Source of the DNA: Dimorphilus gyrociliatus | Taxonomy: Eukaryota > Animalia > Annelida | DNA length: 64,000 bases | Direction: 5' to 3' | NCBI GenBank assembly: GCA_904063045.1 | Contig: CAJFCJ010000032.1 | Span: 232,612-296,611 of the forward strand | The notes under the pieces: generated by a model | Told to the model about the DNA's origin: nothing | The model's database searches: none | The model's input: only the letters and a program-made list of their open reading frames with translations | Translations under genes and position numbers: made by a program | Shown here: one piece after another, positions 38,704 through 51,494 of the stretch | How positions within the stretch are numbered: position 1 is the stretch's first letter | Layout of the letters: each line of letters opens with the position of its first letter

Positions 38704-41700
38704 GTATATACATTTATACAGTATATATATGGTTTATATACGTTTCGAGAGATACAGATATACTCATACGGTGTATGTATGTATATGTATGTATAAAATG
38801 CTATCTTCTATTTATATATATGAAAGAGAATTATAATATTCAATTGATATATTCTTTCAATTTCAAATGTCGATTATAAATTAAAGCTACAAAAAATTAA
38901 TAACTCAAATATACACAGTGCAGCTATATGAATAATAAGCATACTGTATATTTAACGAGTAAAATTTACGAATAGAAATTTTAAGTTGACCCAATAAACT
39001 TTAAGATTATTAATAATAAGTCAGAAGTTCTCTTTCATTCATGACACTTATTGTTTTTTCATGCTTCATTCAATCAGTATTATATCACTAAAAAAAAAAC
39101 ATGTTTTTAATTACAGTTCTATGATCTGTTATCTAGATATATCCTTGGTGATTTTAGCTGTATAAACAACAATACAAAAAATTAATCACTTCCCTTCAGA
39201 ATAGCTTAACAGCTAAACTTTTCACTTGAAATGATATTAATAATGGAAAAATTATTAACTAAGCGTCTAAAATCAAGAACAAAATTAACAGACAAATATA
39301 TAAATATATATCAACTAGACATTTATCTTATTTTGATGTTACCAGAATATATGAGATCAAACTATTATGCGGAAGCCAGTTTGAAGCAATATAATAGACA
39401 GAAAGGGGATATTGCTTTTAATAAATATAATCAAATGGCTGAGTATTATTCTACTTTAACATGGATTATATATGCTCTCCTTTTCAATTATATTTCATCC
39501 CATAATCATTATTATTTTAATCATGAACAGTAGGTTAAATTTTATTCTCTCACCACTTTGATGTATTATTACGCTTTGACAAACAATTTTAACTCTTTTC
39601 ACTCTAACTATATCTTTTAATTATAAAACTCTTAAAAAAGAAAAATTAAAGAAGAAAGAATAACAAACCGAATAAAAAACCATTTTTGATTCTAAGTACA
39701 AGGCAATTTCTTTATAGCCAGATTTTTCCGCCAAATCACATGCAGTATGTTTATCGTCATTTTCAGCAAATAAGTCGGCATTTTGAGAAACGAGATACTG
39801 AAAAGATTAGAAAATGTATAAGAAGATGAAATAAAAAAAAGTGTATTCAACCCCATAAACCTAATTAGAAAGCTATTTCTGTTTTGAAGATCCCTTAGGA
39901 GCCTACTATTAGTTTTTCAACAATGGATTTCATCAATCTATACTAAAAACGGAAGAAAACACAAGCTAATTATAAAATTAAAGGAAAAGGCGTCAAAAAA
40001 AATCTGTGATCCATCTGCTAAATAGGTGAACCGACTAAAAGTCTTTTATAAACCACTGCCTTCGAAATAATCATGCTCCACTTTCTTTATTATTAAAGCT
40101 AAATTATTTTTTATTTCTATTCAGTTTGATTAAAGTTAAAGAAAATTCTTTGACCTAATTGGAGATGGAAGGTTCTTTCAAACAACCCAAGGTATAATTC
40201 ATCAGTATGTACATATATTTATACTGTATGTTTATATAAATATATATATATATTGTATAGAGAGAGACAGAGACAGAGAGAGATAGAGAGGCAGACTATG
40301 ATATATGCTTCCATTCAAAATCAGGATATAAATACGATTATAGCGTGATGTTCGGTAATACATCTAACATTTTGGGTAAACCTTAACTTTAGTATAATAA
40401 TACTTGTAAACGCGATATACTATATTATTACCAGAAATAGACTAATCATGTCCTTATTTGCTTTATAAAATAGCATTGATTTTATATTTAAAATTATCAA
40501 AATTAGCAATAAATGAACTTACCAGAATACATAAGAAACTAATTTTTTTTAAATTGTACTAAATCGTTATTATAGTTAAATGTCATTTTACTTTTATCTA
40601 CTTTAGACAAGAAATGTCAAAACTATAACTAATGATGAATAATTTCTTGGATTTCTAAATTAATTTAAATAAATACAAGTCGAAAATCTTTTATGATCTT
40701 TTATCGGAATACAAAGAGATAGATAGCGTTCTCTTGATAATTGTTACAATTATTTTCATTTATACTGAGAATGAAGAATCAATTCTAAAAATTATTCGTT
40801 TTTTGTCTGTTACCTCAACACATTGTTTTAATCCAGATTTGGCGGCAAAATGCAAAGGAGTATTTTGTTTCTTATCTACTGAGTTTACTGAAACTTTCTC
40901 AAATTGGCCATCACCAATTTTAGCACCTTTCCATTGTAAAATCATCAGAAGACATTCAAATCTTTTTTTCCTTTGAGATTCTAAGATGTTAGCAGGCGCT
41001 TGACAGACACAATGCAAACTAGTTTCGTTAGAGGCATTGGTCTTGTTGGGATTTCCATTTTTCATGCTTAGAAACAATCTGTGAAAAAGTATGTTAGACA
41101 TGGCAGACGACAATTAGGTATAAGTGATGAGAAAACCTTAGCAATGCTTTCATTGCATGTCTGGCGGCGAAATGTAGAGGAGTGTCATGATTCAGGTTGT
41201 CTCCATATGGGGAATTTGGATCCAACCCTTTCTTCAAGTCTGCTGAACTGTAAATGAGAAAAGAAAATTAAACAAGGATTAAGGTAATATAAATATATCG
41301 CAAAGTAATCACATCGAGGTTTATTAAGCAGTTTATGATATTTACTCTAAGAAACAAAAAAATTTGATAAAATAAAATTACAGAGTACTCTCTACTAGTT
41401 GACATAGGGTAAATTACAGACCTAACAGACTGGAAAATGAAGATAACATCTATCTTTCAACGGTGAGGTATTAAAGATTAATTTAATTAATTGCCATTGT
41501 AAATAATTATGTTTTATATGGTTTAGTTTCTAATTATTAAACCGCTAATTCAAGTATTAAAGACTTATACTAAAATGGAGCATTGATTTTACAAACAATA
41601 TTTTACAGAGTAACTTCGACGGAAGGAGAGAGAGGAATAGACAAAGATATTAATCCGTAAGTCCAAAAATATCAAACAAAACAAAGAATCACTCTGAATT

Positions 41701-43394
41701 TTGACAAAAACAGGGTTAATTATATCGAGTTTGTTCTCAATAATTAATCAACTTCCTTTGGGAATTTTCCGACCAAAGAATTAGCGAAAAGAACTTCAAC
41801 AAAAGTCAAAAAACAGCAAAAGAGGAAGTATTTATTACATTGCTCAATGTTTTCCGGCTAAGAGTAATATAATTAGAAGCCGTCATAATATTAAAAAAGG
41901 TTTAACCTGTAATTTATCGATCTTTCGTCAATCGTTCTTTTGATTTAATATAAAATATATGCTTTTTGTTAACACTCCAACGCGTATTTTGACGGATGTA
42001 CTGTAATTTGGTTCAAATAAAACAAGAATAGATATTGCTTCCTATTGCCAACATATCCAGAAGATATAACAATAAAAGAAGTAAAAGTAACCAATGTTTT
42101 TCTAACAAATATAAACAGCCTATTTTTGCTAACCAATTATCCACTTAGAAACGCCTTTTGGTTGTCCCATTATAAAACAAAAAACAACGTAATTCCCTCT
42201 TTCTACTCTTTCTTTTTATATAATCAACCTCTCTTTTTACAGTTATTTTTCAAGTTCTCTTTCTCTCCCTCAATTTCTTTCTATCTCTTTCTTTCTCTTG
42301 CCACTATTTCTATTGTCATTGAATATTCTTTGATTAGAATTTAACAGAGTTTGAAAGTTTATATGTAGGATAGATAGAGTATATTCTGTATATAGTATAA
42401 AGTGCTTAGAGCCGTCATAATAGATAAACTCTGCTGGATATTGAAGAAATGTAAAATGACAACAATTATTAAACTGTCAGCGAGAATTGCGAATAAAAAT
42501 CCTTGGTAACATAAGAAAGAGACACAGCACCCGGTTTTATATGGATTTAACAGAACAAAGCAGATGACTAATTTTCCTCTTGTCAAAGTCAATGCAACGT
42601 CAAAGGAAAGTTTGCTGTCAGTTTGAGCAGAAAATTACTCAAATATACGTCAAAAGGTTTAGTCAGAAATAAAAGTTTGTTAAATAAATATTTCTTTAAA
42701 AAATTTACATAACATAGAATAAAATAAGAATATATTTGGTAATAGATACATTGATGTATAGAGAAACACTAACACTCAGCTTGTCAACTTTAGTTTAATG
42801 GTTATGTCATAAGACTTCGATTATCCATCTATTTCTAAAAATATAACTATAGAACCATCCGGAAATTTGACAGATAGGGTGTCTTTCTATTATATCGGAG
42901 GAGAAGAGATGGGCACAACTACAAAATCAATATGAAACTATCTTTTTTTGGCGTCAAATTCCACCTATATTATATAAAATTAATCATTTTTAATAGGCCT
43001 ACAATAATATATGTACAGTCGATACATAAAGTAGTTTTTTTTAGAAATTTCCTTTCTCTTTTTACATTATAACATTATAAAATATATAAAAAATCAATAT
43101 TAAAATCTAAATTCTCAAAAAAAGATACTACTGTATTTGTTGTTTGTACCTATATATTTTATTATTATTATCTGTCCGTTCAACTTAAATTTAAAGAATA
43201 CGAAGACAAATTTCTTATTTAACAAAAACAAAAAAGAAGAAAAAAAGTTAGGAAAGCCGACACTGAATTTTTTTTTCCTACTTCGTCTCTAAAAACTAAT
43301 TTACTATTTGCAAAGAATGAAGAAAATTTCCCTTTATTACTAATCAATGTTTAGATCAGTAATAGCACAAAGATAGGTAGTTAGATAGATAGAT

Positions 43395-43437
<43 letters not shown>

Positions 43438-43679
43438 TGTCTCATAAAGAAACTGAAGACAAGAAGAAAGAGGAAAAAAGATATCAGTCTAGAAAGTTGA
43501 AGTAAATTAGTCTAAAAACATTCTTGGAAAATATTACAAGAATCTCTTGTCATAAAAACTATTGATAAAACTTTATACATTATAAAGAAGTGTGAAACTT
43601 ACTTATTGTATAGTTGTAAGGCAGCATATTCATCACCATTGATAAGATGCTTTCTAAATTTAGAAGAAGAATTACCCAT
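32762..43679 (-). CDS. ANKIB1: Ankyrin repeat and IBR domain-containing protein 1 (RBR E3 ubiquitin ligase), 12 exons
   Basis: Exons 43679-43603 ([17 protein letters not shown]), 41247-41137, 41078-40814, 39797-39669, 37723-37543, 37179-37010, 36921-36833, 36759-36436, 36359-36271, 34634-34430, 34362-33768 and 33682-32762 are all phase-consistent. Domains: ankyrins, RING1, IBR (WCPHPGC), RING2 ([19 protein letters not shown]), Ariadne domain and UIM-like motifs. Confidence 0.96.
43396..43435. repeat. (GA)n microsatellite
   Basis: Directly visible. Confidence 0.9.
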
Positions 43680-44743
43680 TCTATTTTAAAACTTCTTTTT
43701 TTTATTATTTTTATATTTTTTTATTATCTTCTTCTGTGTTAAATAATTTAGGAAGAGATATTCATAAAAATCATTTTCTTTACTTCCTTTCTAAGTCGAA
43801 AAGCTGTTTCAGACAAAAAAATGAAAATATATATTTACTAATAAGTTGGATATAAAACATTGACAAATATTACAATAAATTTATATTTAAATATTACTGT
43901 TTTAAGATAACAAGTTGAAAATATGTCTTTTTTACAACTTGATAAATCATACGTTATTCATGGTTATTGTGGAGAAAACCGTAATCATTGAATTTCAAAC
44001 TAACTATCTTCTCTTCCTTTTCTTTAGTTAATTATGATATAAGAAACTCTGAGTCACCAGACCGAAAGACAGATATGTTTTACGGAATTTTTTTTTACAG
44101 ATTACTACTAGGGATATGGTTTTAATGAATACCATTCATTTGATCTCTCGATCTCCATGCCTTAAACATACTCCCTTATCCTCTTTTTCCTGGAAGAAAA
44201 TATAAATAACATATGTAGGCCTATATTCAAAACAACAAGATTTATGATTTTCGTTCAGTTAAAGAGTTTATTGTTGATATGTTTAAAGCAACAATTAGAT
44301 CGATTAACCTCGTTAAAATATACTCACGTAATAAATATGATTTGTTGTAGAATGTTAAGAAAATACGGAATATTCCCTGCTCATTCCGCTACTTTTCTAT
44401 TTTGCACGGAATTCTGGGATTTATAAGAGCCATCTAGCGGATAATTTATAACCACATACCATCTGTTGGTTGTTTACAAATACTACCGTGAAATAGTGCT
44501 TAATAGTCAAAATAGAAATTATAAAGAAACAATTAGACTTAGAGAAAGAACAACATCCGGCTGGAAAAATAATTTATAAATAAATATAACGCACTAAATG
44601 AGAATAATAATAAACAACTTGTTGTGTATTAAATACTCTATAATGACTATATTTTATTTGTATAATACAATGGTATTTTTTGAACATCTATTCAATAACA
44701 TTCCTTAATAATAAGAATATATTACAAATACAGTTTATATGCA

Positions 44744-46940
44744 TTATAGTTTGTCGAAAGTCTCTTCAACTTTCCTCCATATTTGTTCTTGTTTCCTCGA
44801 AAGATTTCTCTGCATAATTGCGTAGTTAAGGATAATATCTTTAATGTCTTTACCCTTCTGCCTCTTGAATCTATCGATATCTGCCTTAGCCAACTCCAAA
44901 AAATTTCTAATTTAGAGAATTAATTATTGATTACGTAAAGTAATATAATGATAAACAATATATGCATATATATATTATATATATTTACTCTAATTCCTCC
45001 TTTTGTTGCTGTAAAGTTCCTTCGATATCTACAATTTGCTCTGAGATTGTTAAAAGTCTCTGCTCTTTTTGTTCAACTGAATCTCTTCCTAATAATTTCG
45101 TTTTCATATCGCTCATTAAACCGTTCTTTCCCTGTTGAATGTTTTCCTTATGTAGCTTTTTATTTGATAGCATCTCTTCAGTCTTTTCAACATTATATTG
45201 TAGTATCTCAGCCTTTTTACAAACTCCCCTATAAAGAAGAAAAGAAAGAAAAACACGTAAGTTTACTATTTATATACAAAGAAATTTCTAAATATAGAAT
45301 TTTAGCTGCTTTGACGAGTTCTGATACATTTATTATTGATGAGCAAACAAGCTAAAAACCTGAGACAATCTCCAAAGCTATAGTATTCTTTAAGCTGCTC
45401 TGCAAAAGCTTCTTCTTCGGAAACGTGTTTATCCAGGACATTGGCGTGTCTGAAATATTTATAAAAAATCTCTATATTTTCTACTATAAAAGTCACTTTC
45501 CTTACATGTCAAAGTGGCGACCGGCAGTTTGTAGAGCTATGCCTGTCTCATTTTCAATGTTACCCCAATCGTCAAATAATTGACCAAAAGATCTATATAA
45601 TTTTTCATGTTCACAAAAATTATCCGCTATTTTAGCGCGTACTTTTAGTATTTGATATAAAGTAGATTCGAGATCATTAATATATGTTTTAATAGCTTCT
45701 ATATCTGGATTTGGCGACTTCAAGCCGTACGAAGCTGACAGGGCAGAGAATTTTGAGTCGGCCTATAAACAAATGATACTTAATAAAAAAGATTAAGAAA
45801 AAATAGCAAATACAAAGCAAGTTTATAGAACAGTATATATAACCATATAAATAAATTATATTAATTATACTACATAATTATATATAATGTAGTATATCAC
45901 GAGAAGAAAATGTTAATAAAAGTAATAAAAGGCTTGTTTAAGTAATTATTAAAATGTAATAAAACTTTTACCTTTCTTTGATATGCAGTTGCATCCACTA
46001 GGTCTTTAAAACCGTACTCTTCTACAAAAAATGCTCTAAATATCTCATCTTTACAAAGAACAGCGTGGGATGCACAACGCATCAAGAATTTCTGTTGTAA
46101 TTAAAATTCTGTGTATAATTCTTTTCTTTTATTTTCGTATTTAAAATAAATGCAACAGAAAAATTTACCTCCAGGCTAATTCGCCTCCTTTCAATGAATT
46201 CAGATTCAAATCGATCCGTTGACAATTTCTGCCAAGTGTGACTAACCTGGTGAAAATGTAAACAAGTTTCGATTTTCCATCAGTTAATCATCATCTAATT
46301 TTAATGATTTAACATTATACAAGTCTATATTCTTTTAATTTGAATAATTTATCAATTTTCTTTGATTCATAATTAGTATTCTTATCTGCAAATTAAATTA
46401 GGATTTACCCTTTTTTCTGGCAATGGTGGAATTACGATATAGGGATATGAAACCTCCAAATAATTACGTAGGAGATCGAATTCATTATACCTCCTCCACA
46501 CGGTTGTAGGATGATCGTAATAACCGGGCTTCGATGGATCAGTTACCCTTTTGGAAATAAATGTTATTATGCAACATCTGTTTAAATTACTAATTATCTA
46601 ACCTGGAATATACTTGATAGACTATGAATGTATCTTGGCCCCTAACATTTAAGGCTGCACCACCATTCCTTTTCTCTGGGTCTAGAACCTCGACTGTCAT
46701 GTATTGCAACATATGCTCCTATATAATTAATCAAATATGAATAAATTTAAAACTCTTTGATTTTAAGAGCTAATATTACAATTAAAGCAGAGAAATAAAT
46801 GATTTTTAATAATTTTAAAGATGTATATGATTATATAAAATAACCCAAATTACTTTAACCGTCGTTTTTGATTCATTCTCCTCCACATTTTCTTCCTTTT
46901 CATTTTTAATTGAAGAATCTGAAATCACATGTTCCGCCAT
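44744..46940 (-). CDS. SNX4: Sorting nexin-4 (PX-BAR), multi-exon
   Basis: ATG at 46940, stop at 44744. PX motif VWRRYNEFDLLRNYLEVSYPYIVIPPLPEK. Also IERRRISLE, CASHAVLCKDEIF, WGNIENETGIALQTAGRHFD, EEEAFAEQLKEY and MKTKLLGRDSVEQKEQR, all matching SNX4 features. Confidence 0.93.
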
Positions 46941-48341
46941 TTTTAATAAATAAAATATCTCGTAATAATTATTTTATGAAATTAAATACATGATAAAATA
47001 TTGACATTTTCTAATATATAATTAGTTTTTTCATTATGTAAAAATACGAAAATAAAAAGAAGGAAAATTTTTTGGCGGGAAATATAAATTATATATTATC
47101 TTCCCTCGAAAGAGACAATATTAAATATACGTATAATAATGAATATACATATACAATAGAAATATTAACCTTGAATAACACTAATTGACTATTTTGTGCT
47201 TAGTAAATAAAACAAAGTCATAATCATTTTTTTGTGGAGAAAATTCCGTTTTATTTTTTTTTCAAAAAATTAGCTGCAGATTCATGTATATATATAAATT
47301 GACCTATATATAATATAAGTCTATTTATAATTATGAGTACATGCGCATATGTTATTTAACAATATTAAACATCAAATAGCTTGCTTGTATAAGATTCATA
47401 CAAGAAGTTTTCTTTGTACATGTATCCCAATATTTATGCAGTTATTTTAGTGCAAGATGAAATCACCAAATATAATTATAATTTGCAATAATATAGAAAA
47501 TTTACAATAAAGATATATATATATATATATTTGTGTATATTCGTCACCTTTAATATTTAAACTACTTGCTATAACGAAAATACAATAGAGATCTAAAACA
47601 GAAACGAATATCACTAATATAATGCTACATATATATATATATTCCTATAATCATATATTGATATTTTTATACATGAAATTTAACGTTTTAATATTCTTTC
47701 CATACACGCGGAAGACACGCATGATAACTGATAGATTTAAACTAAACTCAAACAAACAAGCAATAAAAGTATTTATATTCCATGCAAAAAACGTTATTGT
47801 AGCATGCAAAATTAAAATACTATTCAAATACCGATCTTATTTTTTAATTAACATATAAATTACTCTTCCTTTCTTTTCTATAAAATAACAAAAAAATAGA
47901 TGACAAAGATTTCCGAAGGAAAAAATAGAAATAACTTTTAATTTCACTTTTCTATAAATAAACTCAGATTAATTATTTTTATGTGTTTTTTTCTTCATTT
48001 TCAGGAAAGATTGAACGATTTTTGAACAGCATTTCTAAAAAGTTACGGGAAAAAACAACACAAATGGGCGTGAAATGTTAATGAAGTGTTTTTTTTATTA
48101 TTTACTTATTTATCTTCAATGGGCTGATTATGGGCGTCCAATTCTTATGGTTAATATAGAATTGAATTGGCAGTGTCTAATATCTTGATTTATATAAATT
48201 GTTTAAAGGTAGTTAAATAGGTTTGAATTAACTTTCATTCTTGACTATTTGTGATATGGTTTATGAGAGAAGGACAGCCTTTAAATAATCAGAGATGGAA
48301 TAATGTAGTGACTAAACATGCGAAAAGATGCTTGAAAAGCA

Positions 48342-48481
48342 TGACGTTAACGTCAGCCACACTTCAAGTGGCAATAGTGATGTCTATCCACTCGTTCTCC
48401 AGCCACGCTTCAAGTGGCATGTGATGTCTGATATAATAATCATTGATGTGCTTTATAACACTTCAAGTGGCTTGTGATGTC
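48342..48481. repeat. Three spaced copies of (CAGC)CAC[A/G]CTTCAAGTGGC-N1-4-GTGATGTC preceded by a 14-bp palindrome
   Basis: Copies at 48354-48384, 48400-48428 and about 48457-48481. The palindrome TGACGTTAACGTCA lies at 48342-48355. Confidence 0.8.
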
Positions 48482-48935
48482 GTGTGAAGAATATATCTTC
48501 TATTTCCGCCCATTTTTAGTAAGCATGCACACGCGGAAAACTATTCAAAATATTACTGGAGATAAATCTAAAATAAAACAAAACATGCAAAAGTGCTGTA
48601 CATAGATCCTTTTTGCAGATATTTATTTCCTTAGATATTGAATCTGCTTCTTTTATCTTAAATAAAATTAGAAATATTCCACGTTTTTCTTTAATAATAA
48701 ACTAATAGTTGTTGAAATTTTAAACTATAAAACCTTTCTTTTTTTTAATTTTCTATGATATCCAAAGGCAAAATAACTGCAAAAAATCTAACATTTCTTT
48801 CAACTACAGTTTGTCATGAATAAAGAAAAAATAAAAGATAATATATATATATATATATATATTAAATATATATATCTATATGTATACTAATATATATATA
48901 TATATATATTAGTACATATATAATAGATTTATATA

Positions 48936-48980
<45 letters not shown>

Positions 48981-49001
48981 TATATAACACTTGTTTCCGG
49001 C

Positions 49002-51204
49002 CTATTTTGGTACTAAAAATAATCTTCCGTCTTTTGTCTGCTCTAAAGTATAGTCATCGATATTGTTAGATCCTCCGGATGGTTTTGGAAGAAAATCAAA
49101 AACCATCGAATACATTTCATTGATTTTGTTCTCACATGTGTTTACTTCATGTCTTAACTCTTCCTGTTCATTTGTCAAACTCTTACACTTATCTCGAAGT
49201 TCTAAAACTTCCGATTCTAAAGTTCCAATGGCATCCATCTTCCTTTTCCTGCAACTTTGAGCAGCCATTTTATTTTTGCCTCTTCTTCTTATATCTTTAA
49301 TAAGCTGTAGCTGAGCTTCGTTTAATGAATGATTCGTGATCAAGTCGTTAAATTCATCGACTGGAGAGTTAATAATTTGTGCCATCGTAAAGGGAATGTT
49401 TAGAGCTCTTGCTCTTTTTTCATCTTTACTCCTTCCCCTATTCGAACAGTTTACACTTTTGTCTAATGATACAGATAGCGTTTTCTCCTTGAATTGTTCA
49501 GTTGCTTTATCAAGAGCTGTTGAGTCTGGCGAGGTCTGATTACCCTCAGCCCCTTCGCAAGGCGTGTAGGGTACATTCTGAAAATGAATCAAACAGGTAA
49601 ATCACAAGGTCACACTTCAAGTTTAATCTTGTCTATCAATAGACACCAAAATAATTATATCATGTGTTTTACGTAGAGAAAATCCTTTTGGCTGTAAAAG
49701 TCATTGTTCCAGCATAAACCGGATGTAGACGCTGCTCTTCTAGAAGAGCCTTTTGTTTCATTATAAGACTTTTAACGTCAAAAACGAAAAAGATTTTCCC
49801 TGTATGAAATCTTTAAAATACTCAACTGTTAACTCGTAAAATGTTAATGAATAAAAATTCATAAACGGAATTACTAAACTAAAACCAAAGCCGACATTGA
49901 GTAGGTCGCTGCCATACCAGCGTGCCTTCTCAAAGTTAATTTCTAAATGAAGGATAACGCCGATAAGATCACAATTTATCTTATGTTTAAACAATAATTA
50001 TGATCTAAAGGTCGATTTTATAATCTAACGTCATGATCGTAGAGAGAAAAAAAGAATAGAATAAGAGCTTATCTTACCTCTGTATGTAAATTATCAGCGC
50101 TCTTATCTGAAGGTTTGTGACCTGCGAAAAAAAATCTATTTATATATCTATATAATTTATTTAACACAATTAAATATTATAAAATAATGGAATGGTTTTT
50201 CTCTTTTTTCACTCAATGAGTTTACTGTTCTTTCTTTGAAAAAAATAAATGTACTTTGCCTAATGATAGGCAATTTAATAATTAATAACCTATATTTAAA
50301 AAACTAAACACCTGTAATTAATATTAGCTATTAAAACTCAATTTTAAGCTTGTCACAAAGTAATTCGGCATTAAATTCGTTGTTTGTTACTAAATATGCT
50401 TTTTGGACTTTGAGCGGACAAAAAGTAGTATTTATATCACAAAAATCAATTTAGTAATATTAATATATAAAAGTTAAACTCAACAAAAATAAATATTGAC
50501 ATTTGATACATTAATGCAACATTTTAACCTATATATTTTTCAATGTGATTTTATATAAAAAGCTGCCCGATTAATCAAATCTATTGCAATTTACTAAATT
50601 AAGTTTTAAAACATTACAAACATATTAAAACTACATCTTCTGTGCAAATAAAATATTTATACTTACTCATAAAATGTAAGGTGTCAACATCACTTGATTG
50701 ACTAGCTAATAATTCCATTAAAAGCTTTCGCTTTTCAATTACTTATTTAAGGAGAAAAAAGAAGATCATTAAGTCAATGTACACAGTATAAGATACTTTT
50801 TTTTAAACAATAGTTTACAAGAAAAAAGTATTCTATTTACCCGTTTCCGGCTTTATTTCACTTTCATTTTTTAATCTTAAATCTTTCAACTCATTACTTT
50901 CAGATTTAGTTAGGATACTATGCAAAATTGGATGGGATGAATCAGATCTACTGGATAAAGAGTCCGATTCAGGGTTTAAGAAATAATCTTCAATTTCCAT
51001 GAACGAAATCGCTTCACCTCCACTGCCATGCATCATTTCTCCAGTCTCGTTATCCACAAAAATTCCACCAGATAAACTATCTTTAGTTAATTCATCGGAT
51101 ACTTCCACAACATTTTTTGCTACTTTGATAATTGAATAACTTTCAGACATCTGAGCTATACCGATGTCAACATCCTGCTGAACAAGGATGTTATTTACAT
51201 CCAT
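49002..51204 (-). CDS. cnc: Cap'n'collar / Nrf (NFE2L1/2-like) CNC-bZIP factor, 327 aa from the Neh2 Met
   Basis: Exons 51204-50841, 50121-50078 and 49577-49002 total 984 nt in frame. DLG-like degron ILVQQDVDIG, ETGE motif FVDNETGE, CNC-basic region DEKRARALNIPF...IKDIRRRGKNKMAAQSCRKRK, C-terminal DGRLFLVPK. Confidence 0.95.
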
Positions 51205-51483
51205 TCTTGAAAAATGGCCTATTAAAGAAAAAATAATAAGACAAAATATCATATACTTATAAAAAAAATAGGCGACCTATTTTTCCTGAATAGATAAACG
51301 TCTTACAAAAGAGTTTATAAGCAAATACATATATAATAAAATATTGAAATTTTTTCTCAAGAACTGTCTTTATTGATTAACTATAATTATTACTTAGAGA
51401 TTGTTCATTCACCTCTTTTATAAAGTCTATTAAATATCACGACAAATGTACAGTAAAGCTATGCTAAACACTCAGTTCCCCAT

Positions 51484-51494
51484 TGCTACGTCAT
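51484..51494 (-). promoter_or_regulatory. Antioxidant response element-like site (ATGACGTAGCA) upstream of the Nrf Neh2 exon
   Basis: Exact match to RTGAYnnnGCR on the minus strand. Confidence 0.35.

Noticed and set aside
42359-42592. Hydrophobic 77-aa ORF in ANKIB1 intron 1
   Set aside because: It has a non-ATG start and no splice support. Hydrophobic bias is expected from T-rich DNA.
48354-48481. CRISPR-like repeat-spacer interpretation
   Set aside because: The context is a eukaryotic intron-containing genome with no cas genes, only three imperfect units and unequal spacers. It is kept as a regulatory repeat instead.
49734-49749. 16-bp palindrome GCTCTTCTAGAAGAGC as a heat-shock element
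   Set aside because: It has only two nGAAn units, so it is not a full HSE. Its significance is unclear.
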